Program-made: the position numbers and the translations under genes
The notes under the pieces: generated by a model
What the model was told of the DNA's origin: nothing
Seen by the model: only the letters and a program-made list of their open reading frames with translations
Databases searched by the model: none
DNA from: Octopus sinensis
Lineage: Eukaryota
Assembly: GCF_006345805.1 (NCBI RefSeq)
Contig: NC_043015.1
Coordinates: forward strand, 42,346,001 to 42,410,000
DNA: 64,000 bases
Reading direction: 5' to 3'
Shown here: piece by piece, positions 28,341 through 38,739 of the stretch
Layout: every line of letters begins with the position of its first letter
Numbering within the stretch: the stretch's first letter is position 1

Positions 28341-28397
<57 letters not shown>

Positions 28398-28425
28398 ATA
28401 TATATATATTATATATGTGTGTGTG

Positions 28426-28469
<44 letters not shown>

Positions 28470-28500
28470 TGCATATTGCGAGCGGTGTGTATGTGTGTGT
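27637..28500. repeat. Compound (TA)n/(TG)n microsatellite with an internal ~380-bp duplication
   Basis: The landmark GCATGCATACTGCGAGCAGTGTGTGAG occurs at about 27866 and about 28246, with a degenerate copy at about 28467. Confidence 0.85.
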
Positions 28501-28884
28501 TAGAAGTACAGATTTATTACATATGAAAGGGAAAAAGGTGTTCAGAATTCTGGATGCTTGTAAAAATATACATTTATATATATATTTATTTACATATCCC
28601 ATATATATTTCTTCACATCAGCGCTTCCAACTACTCCCGTACTTTCATCCCGTGCATATACACACACAGAATATACATACACACACACAATACACATATA
28701 TATATATACATATATATACACACATTACATACATACATACATAATTCCATCCTTATTTCCGTTATTATTTAATGGGTAAACGGTTTTTCGTGGGAAATTA
28801 AAGGTGGGACTCGCTTCGAAACGAAGCATCTCGAACCGCAAGATACACATAGGCGTGCACGGAGGTGAGCTGAAGTGTTCCTAC

Positions 28885-28944
28885 CTTGACAGAGCCAGGC
28901 GTTAATCCTTCGGTTTTCAATCCCCATGGTAGCCTTTCAGCCAT
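28885..28944 (-). CDS. Putative first coding exon of an unidentified gene: MAERLPWGLKTEGLTPGSVK
   Basis: Good start context (caacATGG), exactly 20 codons, then donor AAG|GTAGGA. Unique, relatively CpG-rich sequence. Confidence 0.55.
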
Positions 28945-28949
28945 GTTGA

Positions 28950-31364
28950 TTTGTTCTCTATCACTCTCTTAACACGACTAACGTACGGAGCTACAACACC
29001 TACCCTATATAACTCTTTCTTTCTCTCTCACCTACAGCCGCAGATTTATTATCACCACTTACGACATACGTAACAATTGATACTCGATAGTATCTGCATA
29101 AATAACCTTGTTTATTTTTATTTAGTGCTAATTCGAAATTAGTTCGGATTAGTGATTGTAGTTTTTTTCTTACTACGACACTAAAACTGCTTTGTTCGTC
29201 AACATTCTAAAATGGTTTCTCTTCCTCTCTGGACAATAAAGCTAAAAATTTTTAGCATTTTTTTTGTTAAGAATAAATATTTATAAAATTTCCTAAATAC
29301 TTTGTTTTATTTACTGTTAAATATCATTTGATATTTTCATCTCATTTCACAAATAATTAATGACTGTTAATTTTTTTTTTACGCGACTAAAACTGCCAAC
29401 TGTCTCGTTCACCGACATTCTGCATTCGCTCTCTCTTCCGACAATGAAAGGATTCGCCGCCGGTCGACCTTGCCGTTCGTCTTTTTGGGAGGGATCGATA
29501 AAATCGATACCAGTTGAATACTGGAGTCAATGTAATCGACTTACTTCATCCTCCAAACTAAAATATTTAAGGTAACAACCTTGCAGAATCGCCGGGCAGC
29601 CTTACCTTTCGTCTTTTTCGGAGTCGATGAAATAGAGTACCGGTGAAGTACCGAAGTCGATAATATCGAGTACACTGCTCCCTTTAAAATGACTGGCCTT
29701 GTGTCAAAATTAGAAACCTTACTTACTTCAATTAGTTATGTTAAGGTGTCCAGGTAGCAGAATCGTCAGCGGGCTGTGTGGTAAGTAGCTTGCTAACCAA
29801 CCACATGGTTCCGGGTTCAGTCCCACTGCGTGGCATCTTGGGCAAGTGTCTTCTACTATAGCCCCGGGCCGACCAATGCCTTGTGAGTGGATTTGGTAGG
29901 CGGAAACTGAAAGAAGCCTGTCGTATATATGTATATATATATATATATGTTTGTCCCCTAGCATTGCTTGACAACCGATGCTGGTGTGTTTATGTCCCCG
30001 TTACTTAGCGGTTCGGCAAAAGAGACTGATAGAATAAGTACTGGGCTTACAAAGAATAAGTCTCGGGGTCGATTTGCTCGACTAAAGGTGGTGCTCCAGC
30101 ATGGCCGCAGTCAAATGACTGAAACAAGTAAAAGAGTAAAGAGAGAGAGAGTAAACCAAAAGAAATTTCTTGGCAGCAGAATTTTATTAGAACATTTAAA
30201 TACAAAGAAAGATGAGAAAGGAAAAGAAAGCAGCGGAAGATGGTGAGGGAGGACGCGATGGGTCACATATCCTAGAGCAAATAGTCTGCTCAGCCTCACG
30301 GAGCTCATTTCTCCGACGGGCCACTGTTATCCCTATTTTGCGGAGGAAATCGGTAGCAGGGGCTATGAGAACACCCGATGTCTCGACGGCGGCCGGCCAG
30401 GCGTCTGCATTTATTGAATTTTCTCTCCTCCGCGTTGCGATCGGGATATCTTCAAGATTCTGATTCCAATTTCTGCTGCGGTTGACATATCTTTTCGTCC
30501 TTTCGGGGTCGATAAAATAAAGTACCGGTTGAATCGATGTAATCGCCCCATTCCCAGAACTTGTGCCTGTGGTAGAAATCACTATTACAGCGGCGAGCTG
30601 GCAGACACGTTAGCACACCGGGCGAAATGCAATAGCGCGCGTTTCGTCCGCCTTGACGTTCCGAGTTCAAATTCCGCCGAAAGGATGACCTTACCTTTCA
30701 TCCTTTCGGGGTCGATAAATTAAGTACTAGGGAAACACTAGGGTCGATGTAATCGACTAGTCCCCTCCCCGAAAAGTTTAGGTCTTGTGCCTTTAGTAGA
30801 AAGGATAATAATAATTATTATTACCGTTAATTATTCGAGGCTAATACTTTTGCCGTAGCGGGATGGCAGAGTCAGACAAAATACTTGGCGGTTTTTCTTC
30901 CAGATCTATACGTTCTGAGAGTAAAAGCTGTAATTTTTTTCTTTGCAAAAATAAATATTTGCATGCGAAATAGCCCAATCAATTAACGTAAAATAATTTG
31001 AGGAAGAATTATTTTAAAATTAAAAAGAAAAGCAATTAACAACGAAATATTGATTAATAGTGCAAGGGACATAACTTTTGGTTTACTGAAGAGTTACGTT
31101 GCCTTACATGCCAAAAGAGTGAAATAAAGGGAAGTAACCAGCTGATATCCGGCATACTACCTGAAGTACTACTGATATGATACGTCATTTTGTTTACTGG
31201 AAATATTTACACGGAATAAACTCCCGAAATAACGGCATGCAGAATTACGGAAACATCCAAGTTAACGGCACTTTTGGAAATTGTTAACCGAAAAAAAAAA
31301 CTGCCGAAACATCTTTTTGCTGTGATTTAAAATATTTTATTCTTTTGTCGTTTGTTATAAACAG
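28950..31364. promoter_or_regulatory. Probable divergent promoter / 5'-UTR region between the unidentified gene (-) and the TIGD-like gene (+)
   Basis: Inferred from the head-to-head start codons at 28944 (-) and 31371 (+). The acceptor before the TIGD ATG implies an upstream non-coding exon. Several SINE copies interrupt the interval. Confidence 0.4.
30170..30470 (-). mobile_element. Probable 3' relic of a REL-endonuclease non-LTR retrotransposon
   Basis: PAAVETSGVLIAPATDFLRKIGITVARRRNELREAE resembles the P.AVET.G...FL..IG...A....E.RE motif of CRE/NeSL-like elements. AATAAA follows. Confidence 0.5.
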
Positions 31365-31370
31365 ATCGCG

Positions 31371-33056
31371 ATGTCTACAGCACCTGAGAAACAAAAACGG
31401 AAGAGAATAACATTAAGGGTTAGTGAAAAACTGGAGATCATTAAGAAAATGGAACGAGGCATAAAGAGGAGCGAATTGATGACGGAATATAACATCGGAT
31501 CGTCGACTTTGTACGACATCAAGAACTCAAAACAGAGGCTTTTAGACTTTACCACTTGTTCTGAGCCAAACAATAAAGTAACGGATAGAAAGAGTCTGCA
31601 TAAACCGAAATGTGAAACTGTAGATAAAATTCTATACGAATGGTATTTATTGCAGCGATCGGAGGGTGTAGCTGTATCTGGGTCCATGCTTTTAGCTAAA
31701 GCTAAAGATTTTAAAGAAAAATTGGGTTTGAATACGTCGCTTATTTTCTCCGACGGATGGTTGACCAGGTTTAAGATGCGTCACGGAATCGGGAAATTAG
31801 ACCTCACCGCTGAGAAGCAACCAAGAGAATCCGAAACGGCAATAGCAACCGTATACAGCTCGACATTTGATGAACTCGTTAATCAATATCATCTTACACC
31901 TGATCAAATATACAACGCTGACGAAACTTGCCTTTACTGGAAATGTTTACCTGAGAAAATATCGGCAAATTCTGATGAAGCAAATGCGAGTTTTTCCAAG
32001 TACAACAAAGAAAGATTGGCAGTTCTTATGTGTGCAAATGCGTCTGGTCAACACAGGCTAAAACTGTTGGTCATCGGCAAATTAAATCGCCCTAAATCCT
32101 TAAAAGGGATAATGAATTTACCAGTTTCTTATAAAACCCAGAAAAATGCATGGATGGATAAGGAACTTTTCCAAAATTGGTTTACTCACGAATTTGTGCC
32201 CGCAGTGCGACTTAATCTACATGATATGGGTAAGCCTGCAAACACTAAATGTGTCTTACTCCTTTATAATAGTAAGTGTCACCCTCTTGAATCAAAATTA
32301 GTTTCAGATTGTGGAAATATTTTTGCGTGTTACTTACCAGCCAACGTCAATCATCTTGCGCAACCGATGGACCAAGGAATTATACAGAATTTCAAATGTT
32401 ATTATAGAAATTATTTTATTAAACAATTAATCTACAGCGAACTTCCTGTCCCTGACTTTCAGCGCCAATTTACAATTAAAGATGCTCTCTTTGGATCAGC
32501 CATTGCATGGACCACTGTTAAATCTGTTTCACTTCTGAAAGCATGGAAAAAATTCTGGCCGGTTTTCACGTTTGGCCCTTTAACTTCCGACGATGGAACT
32601 GAAGATGATTTCGATGGATTTAATGTACGACAGTGCACAAAAGAAATAATGCAGACAATACAAAAGACACCCTTAGAAAATCCGCTACATAATCTGGAAG
32701 ATAACGACATCGAGGATTGGATTACGGTGGACAATGGTATTGAGCTAAGCCAGATATCTTCAGATCAGGACATTGCTGACAGTGTGGTTAATCCCGAAAA
32801 TCCGGATACGGCAACTTGTTCCGAGGACAATGATGAGGAGGATGGAAACGAAACGGTATCTTGGTCTAAAGCTCAGTCGTGCATGGACACGATTCTTTCT
32901 TATTTTGAACAAAATCCCTGCTTCTCTATGCAACAGGTTATGCAAGCACACATGCTTAAAATTACAATGGTTACCACAGAACAAAGGTCGGCGGCACAAA
33001 ACGATATCAAGACAATCTTAAAGAAAGCCATGGAAGAAAATACGTCTGTGCAATAA
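31371..33056 (+). CDS. Tigger/pogo transposase-derived protein (CENP-B/JRKL/TIGD-like), 561 aa, single coding exon, probably domesticated
   Basis: N-terminal psq-type HTH (KRKRITLRVSEKLEII...IGSSTLYDIK), CENP-B-type HTH (...FSDGWLTRFKMRHGI) and DDE_1 motifs IYNADET, KERLAVLMCANASG, KNAWMD, LLLYNSKCHP, QPMDQGII. Intact ORF. A splice acceptor (tttgttataaacag|) lies 6 nt before the ATG. No intact terminal inverted repeat pair seen. Confidence 0.92.
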   Translation: MSTAPEKQKRKRITLRVSEKLEIIKKMERGIKRSELMTEYNIGSSTLYDIKNSKQRLLDFTTCSEPNNKVTDRKSLHKPKCETVDKILYEWYLLQRSEGVAVSGSMLLAKAKDFKEKLGLNTSLIFSDGWLTRFKMRHGIGKLDLTAEKQPRESETAIATVYSSTFDELVNQYHLTPDQIYNADETCLYWKCLPEKISANSDEANASFSKYNKERLAVLMCANASGQHRLKLLVIGKLNRPKSLKGIMNLPVSYKTQKNAWMDKELFQNWFTHEFVPAVRLNLHDMGKPANTKCVLLLYNSKCHPLESKLVSDCGNIFACYLPANVNHLAQPMDQGIIQNFKCYYRNYFIKQLIYSELPVPDFQRQFTIKDALFGSAIAWTTVKSVSLLKAWKKFWPVFTFGPLTSDDGTEDDFDGFNVRQCTKEIMQTIQKTPLENPLHNLEDNDIEDWITVDNGIELSQISSDQDIADSVVNPENPDTATCSEDNDEEDGNETVSWSKAQSCMDTILSYFEQNPCFSMQQVMQAHMLKITMVTTEQRSAAQNDIKTILKKAMEENTSVQ

Positions 33057-33849
33057 CGGCTTGTGTAGCAGAATTTAAAATTGTTTTAGGAAAAAATATT
33101 GTTTGATTGTAAAAGTGTACTGAAAATATTCTTTTGCTTAAAATGTTTCGTTCTTTTTACTAAGAAAACCTTTGAGCAAAGCAATGTAGGCGAGAAATTC
33201 AGTAAAATATATCAGGTTATGTCAATAAATAAAGGAGAAAATATATTTGTACCACCTGATATTGTCCCCAAATTATTCTAGATTCATCAAAGGACCTATA
33301 TAAGGTAATACAATATATTTTCTCTTTGTTTTCGTTCACTAATATAACCTTACATATTTAACATCTGTTGTTATTATCATTATGATTATGATCATCATCA
33401 TCATCATCAAAATTAAAAGAAGAGTGCCATTGTTATCTAGTGAACGGTATTTCGACATCTTGTGTGTCTTCAACTGGTTGAACAAGTTGAAGACACGCAA
33501 GATGTCAAAATATCGTTCACCACATGGCAATGGCACTCTTCTTTTAATTTTGACTCTATATCTTCAGGAGGAGTTATCTCAATCCTTTCTATATCATCAT
33601 TATCATCATCATTAAACATTCACCTCATTAACACATATTACAATGCTTCAAGCTAATTACAATACTCAATTATTTTTCGTATTTTCATGTGCAATTACCA
33701 TACAATAAATATATATTTGTTATTTAACACTTATGATCTGTGATTTACAGTTGTTTTTTTTATATATTTTGATAACATTTTTTAACACTTATTATCGCCG
33801 TCATCATCATCACCATGATCATCATTATTACTATTATTATGACGACGAG

Positions 33850-34308
33850 CACGCCGAGCAAAATGCTTAGCGGATTTTCGGCTGCCGTTACGTTGTGAGT
33901 TCAAATTCCGCCCAGGTCGACTTTGCCTTTCATCCTTTCGGGGTCGATAAATTAAGTACCAGTTACGCACTGGGTCGATATAATCGACTTAATACCTATG
34001 TTTGTCCCTTTTATGTTTAGCCCCTTGTGGGTAATAAAGAATTAGGTATTTCGTCTGCCGTTACGTTCTGAGTTCAAATTCCGCTGAGGTCGACTTTGCC
34101 TTTCATCCTTTCGGGGTCGATAAATTAAGTACCAGTTACGCACTGGGGTCGATGTAATCGACTTAATACCTATGTTTGTCCCTTTTATGTTTAGCCCCTT
34201 GTGGGTAATAAAGAAATAGGTATTTCGTCTGCCGTTACGTTCTGAGTTCAAATTCCGCCGAGGTCGACTTTGCCTTTCATCCTTTCGGGGGTCAATAAAT
34301 TAAGTACC
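33850..34308 (+). mobile_element. SINE family B, tandem head-to-tail array (about 174-bp period, about 2.6 units)
   Basis: B-box-like GAGTTCAAATTCC and central GTCGACTTTGCCTTTCATCCTTTCGGGGTCGATAAATTAAGTACC. Units restart at 34045 and 34219. Other copies or arrays at about 2420-2820, 3590-4170, 18120-18357, 23990-24210, 30590-30810, 34880-35380, 40005-40375, 43590-44700, 49610-49830, 59450-60020, 62215-62610. Confidence 0.88.
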
Positions 34309-34319
34309 TTTTAAACACT

Positions 34320-34830
34320 ATAGCCTCAACTTCCTTCCATTTTAGAAAGGGAGCAGGCTATCCCAGTACTGGCATCGCTCGTGTATGGCTTCAATGTTGT
34401 TCTCGCGATTTAATTTTGTTTCGGACAGATTTCTAATCCTCTTGTACTCTTTCGTGACTCTGTCTCTCTCTTATTTCTCCTTCCATTACCCTATCGTCTG
34501 GTAGCACTCGTACCCCCTCATTATTCCACAACGATCTAACGATGAAGTTTGATAGTCAATTTATGGTATCAGAGTTTACCTTCCAGTCTAAGGGGGGGGA
34601 GACCTGGGGGGGGGGGGCAAGTGCCCTCCCCCCATGAAGAAAAGAAGTACGCCCTTCTAAATAATGTTACTACGCCCTTTTCTCCTTGATTTGTATTTCT
34701 TTCTGATCCTGTGCCATCCCTTCGAAAAATTCCTTAGTTTCTCTTCATAATTAGTACTGCGCACTTATTCCCTTCAAACTGCATTCCAGTATCTTTTCTG
34801 AATACTCTTTCAGTTTGGAGCAAAGTGTCT
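34320..34830 (-). mobile_element. Decayed R4/Dong-type reverse-transcriptase fragment
   Basis: LLQTERVFRKDTGMQFEGNKCAVLIMKR and RVTKEYKRIRNLSETKLNRENNIEAI match R4/Dong RT segments. A G/C-run-rich insert interrupts it at about 34590-34660. Confidence 0.6.
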
Positions 34831-35424
34831 TCTTCTTCTTCTTCTTCTTCGTCTCCTCCTCCTCCTCCTTCAAGGCGGCAAGCTGGCAGAAACGTTAGCA
34901 CGCCGGGCGAAATGCTTAGCGGTATTTCATCTGCGTTACGTTGTGAGTTCAAATTCCGCCGAGGTCGACTTTGCCTTTCATCCTTTCGGGGTCGATAAAT
35001 TAAGTACCAGTTACGCACTGGGGTCGATGTAATCGACTTAATACCTATGTCTGTCCTTGTTTGTCCCCTCTATGTTTAGCCCCTTGTTGGTAATAAAGAA
35101 ATAGGTATTTCGTCTGCCGTTAAGTTCTGAGTTCAAATACCACCGAGGTCGACTTTGTCTTTCATCCTTTTAGGGCCGATGAAATAAGTACCAGTTGAAC
35201 ACTGGGGTCGATGTAATCGACTCATCCCCTCCCCCAAAATTTCAGGCTTTGTGCCTGTAGAAGAAAGGATTGGCAGAATCTTTAGCACGCCGGACAAAAT
35301 GCTTAGCGGCATTTAGTCCGTCTTTATGTTCTGAGTTCAAATTCCACCGACGTCGACTTAGCTTTTCGTCCTTTCGGAATAAATTTAGCAGCTAAAAAAA
35401 AAAAAAAAATACCTACCGTATATA

Positions 35425-35832
35425 GCGCAGGAGTGGCTGTGTGGTAATAAATGTAGCTTGTTTACCAACCGCATGGTTCCGGGTTCAGTCCCACTGCGTG
35501 GCATCTTGGGCAAGTGTCTTCTACTATAACCTCGGGCCGAACAAAGCCTTGTGAGTGGATTTGGTAGACGGAAACTGAAAGAAGCCTGTCGCATATATAT
35601 ATGTATATGTATGTGTGTGTTTGTGTGTCTGTGTTTGTCCCCCTAGCATTGCTTGACAACCGATGCTGGTGTGTTTACGTCCCCGTAACTTAGCGGTTCG
35701 GCAAAAGAGACCGATAGAATAAGTACTGGGCTTACAAAGAATAAGTCCCGGGGTCGATTTGCTCGACTAAAGGCGGTGCTCCAGCATGGCCGCAGTCAAA
35801 TGACTGAAACAAGTAAAAGAGTAAAAAAGAGA
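35425..35832 (+). mobile_element. SINE family A, representative full copy (tRNA-derived head, CORE-like segment, internal (TA/TG)n)
   Basis: Head GGAGTGGCTGTGTGG...GGTTCCGGGTTCAGTCCC has Pol III A/B-box-like motifs. GTGGCACCTTGGGCAAGTG resembles the MIR/CORE domain. Tail TGACTGAAACAAGTAAAAGAG. Other copies at about 1-335, 8360-8908, 12335-12705, 13470-13850, 14790-14990, 16440-16820, 17075-17475, 20455-20850, 22190-22575, 25000-25405, 29770-30140, 36340-36760, 40405-40820, 63735-63890. Confidence 0.88.
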
Positions 35833-36162
35833 GTATTTACTTGTGCATAAGTCGTACTATTTAACATAATTTGATTTTAACTGAAAAATTTGGGGTGCAA
35901 CTTATGCACGGAGCAAACCTGGAATCAAGTTTGAATATGAAGGGAAACAATACAATAAGTAATTCGCGTCGAATTGGCAGTGTTAAAGTGTCAGGTACAG
36001 TATTCTCTAGGATTTTTCCTTGCTTCTCAGAGTTCAGATCCTGTTTAACTCATCTTTGTCTTTCGTCCTTTCAGGATCGACAAATAAAGTTCCAATCCAT
36101 AACTGTGGGTCGAAATGATTCCAGATCGTTAGATGGGATACCTCACAAGTATCTGTCTAGCT

Positions 36163-36922
36163 CAGTGGTTTCCAACCGGGGTTCATATAAGAGTTTGGGA
36201 GGGTTCACGCAACAAAATAGTAAATCAGGGATCCACAGTATTATCTTAAGGGACCCTGAAAAAAGGTTTGATTTAGATCTATGTATTTACTGAAAAAAAA
36301 AACAAAAAAAAACTGCTCTTACAAAAAAAAACATACTTTTACTCTTACTCTTTTACTTGTTTCAGTCAGTTGACTGTGGCCATGCTGGAGCACTGCCTTT
36401 TAGTCCAGCAAATTGACTCCAGGACTTATTCTTTGTAAGCCTAGTACTTATTCTATCGGTCTCTTTTTGCCGAACCGCTAAGTTACGGGGACGTAAACAC
36501 ACCAGTATCGGTTGTCAAGCGATGTTGGTGGTGGTGGTGGGGGGGGGGGGGACAAACACAGACACACAAACATATACACACACATACATATATAAAAAAT
36601 ACATACGACGGGCTTCTTTCAGTTTCCGTCTACCATATCCACTCACAAGGCTTTGGTCGGCCCGAGGCTATAGTAGAAGACACTTGCCCAAGGTGCCACG
36701 CAGTGGGACTGAACCCGGAACCATGTGACTCGTAAGCAAGCTACTTACCACACAGCCACAACTGCGCCTTGTTCTGACACAAGGTAATGTGTGAAAAACA
36801 ATAGGAAATTTCAAAAAATTTCAATAGAAATAATTTCGAATCATCAAATGATATGGGGATCAACCAGAATAAAATGGTAATGAAAGGGATCCATAGATTT
36901 AAAAAATGGTTGAGAACCCCTA
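36163..36922. mobile_element. hAT (Charlie-like) MITE interrupted by a family A SINE
   Basis: Ends CAGTGGTTTCCAACC and GGTTGAGAACCCCTA. Flanks GTCTAGCT and GTCTTGTC are a degenerate 8-bp target duplication. Confidence 0.6.
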
Positions 36923-37259
36923 GTCTTGTCTTTAAACGTTTGGAGCTCAAAACTTGTCAAGAGATACCGGAAAAAGCTACGTATTTCTTCTGTGTCCAGC
37001 AAAAAACGGAGATAGATTTGGAAAGTCGGTAAAAGAGGTGTTTAGATATTTCAGCTAATTTCTAACCATGCCACCATAGCAACTGGCAACAGAGAATGCT
37101 AAGGGACATTCAAGTTTTGTGCACTCGAGGAAGAAAAAAAGTAAGTGGTATTTATTGTAATCTCAGTTTCTACGTTTTTCAGATAGTTTCCTAGACAACG
37201 GAAAAGTCATAATAGCGTCAACTCAAATCTTCATAGCCGTTGCCATTGTTTGAGAAATT

Positions 37260-37497
37260 TATTGGGTTGGTGCATAATTATTGCGGCTTTTTTTCAACAA
37301 ATTTTATTTTAAAAAACCCAATAACAATATTTAACAAAAACGTCTTTAAATGACGGTCTGACCGTCTGCCAAGCAAATGGGAAGCAGTAATTGAAGGAGA
37401 TGGTGAATATGCTCCGAAATAATCATTTAAAGGCGTTTTTGTTACATGTTGTTATTGTTTTTGCTGAATAAGATTTGTTGAAAAAAGCCGCAATAAT
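37260..37497. mobile_element. Mariner-derived palindromic MITE
   Basis: TATTGGGTTGGTGCATAATTATTGCGGC terminus and about 90-bp imperfect inverted arms. The centre encodes DRLPSKWEAVIEGDGEYAPK*, a mariner C-terminus. Confidence 0.75.
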
Positions 37498-37761
37498 AAA
37501 ACAAATACTTCACTTGTCAGTATAGTACCGAAACAAAGTGTTTTAAATAATAAAAATAATGGGTCTTTTTCCTTTGAAGGGCATACACGTCATTGATTGG
37601 TTGAAATTACCGAAATACGACAGATTCAACACGAAATAACTTTGAACATATAAACTTTTCTCAACAACACTAAGAGTAAACGATATGACACATTCTACCA
37701 GTGTCCGAAGTTTAGTTACAAAAATTAATTTTTCGATCTGCAGTTCAAAGAGTAAAGATCC

Positions 37762-37789
<28 letters not shown>

Positions 37790-37797
<8 letters not shown>

Positions 37798-38340
37798 GCC
37801 CTGATGCAGTACCAGGCAGTGGCTCTCGTGGCTAAAGTGATTGGAAGTGTTATCATGTACATTGTTTTGTCTTGGTATAAAAGATGGGCTACAGCAAATA
37901 TTCTGCTCAATACCACAGATTTGCTTGTCAGTTGTTTGACTTTAACCAGTTGAGCATGTCCCTTAGTGGCTGACGATATGTGCATCTCTGGTCATGAGCA
38001 GAAGTAGTGGGGGAGCATCATATCTATGTATTGAGAGGGATTCTTTGGGGTTTGAATAATTCACCTCTGGAAACATGGGTGTTTCCTTAAACAACCTTTA
38101 TTCAGGGACCTTTTCAGTGGGATGGGTTACTCGACCTGAAGAAAACTCTAATTGGGCCCCACCTGCAAGGTCATGTGCTGTTTATCTTGATATGAGATCA
38201 CCATGTCGCGCACATATGGTTGTGATGCATGTGCCTGGTGTGTCCTTATCAGACGGGTAGTCATGATGGGTATACCGGGCGTCGTATATTTTATCCCAGT
38301 GTCACTCTGATGGCACGCACTGCTCTCTCACTCAATAATA
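37790..38340 (-). mobile_element. Interspersed repeat of uncertain class with an (ATT)n tail
   Basis: A discrete GC-richer block ending in a triplet tail like a retroposon. No protein motif recognised. Confidence 0.4.
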
Positions 38341-38739
38341 ATACACGTAACCCCTTCTAAATGTGTTGAGTGTCTTTTCTTTCGTGTATGTATATAACAC
38401 ACACACACATACTCCCCCCTCTCTCTCTCGAGCGTAACTGATTTAGGGAAGGGAAAGTACTACTTCTACCCAGTCAAAGGGAAGTAACTGTGAAAAGATT
38501 CTATATAAAATCCAGGACATTTCAAACGAACAGAAATAGTAAATAGTTTCTGTTGCGTTAAATGAAATTATTAGTGAATGAAACGGAGATATAACTGGTA
38601 GGGTAGGAAAGAAGTACAAGTAATTTTAAACTCTGTTAAAAGGGATAGGTGTATTGATTATGTATTATCGAATTAGTCTTTAAAATATAAACCTTCGGCG
38701 TGTGATTTGAATAATAATGAAATTATTGTATACAGTGCT

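Noticed and set aside
27560-28772. Long ORFs such as the 322-aa YIYIHT-rich frame (and similar ORFs at 8344-8842, 12182-12736, 52363-52730, 53648-54399)
   Set aside because: They are translations of (TA)n/(TG)n/(CA)n microsatellites, which lack stop codons in several frames. There are no splice signals or protein motifs.
35425-35500. tRNA-like sequence at SINE heads (also family B heads)
   Set aside because: Only A/B-box-like motifs are present, with no complete cloverleaf. They continue directly into SINE bodies present in many copies.
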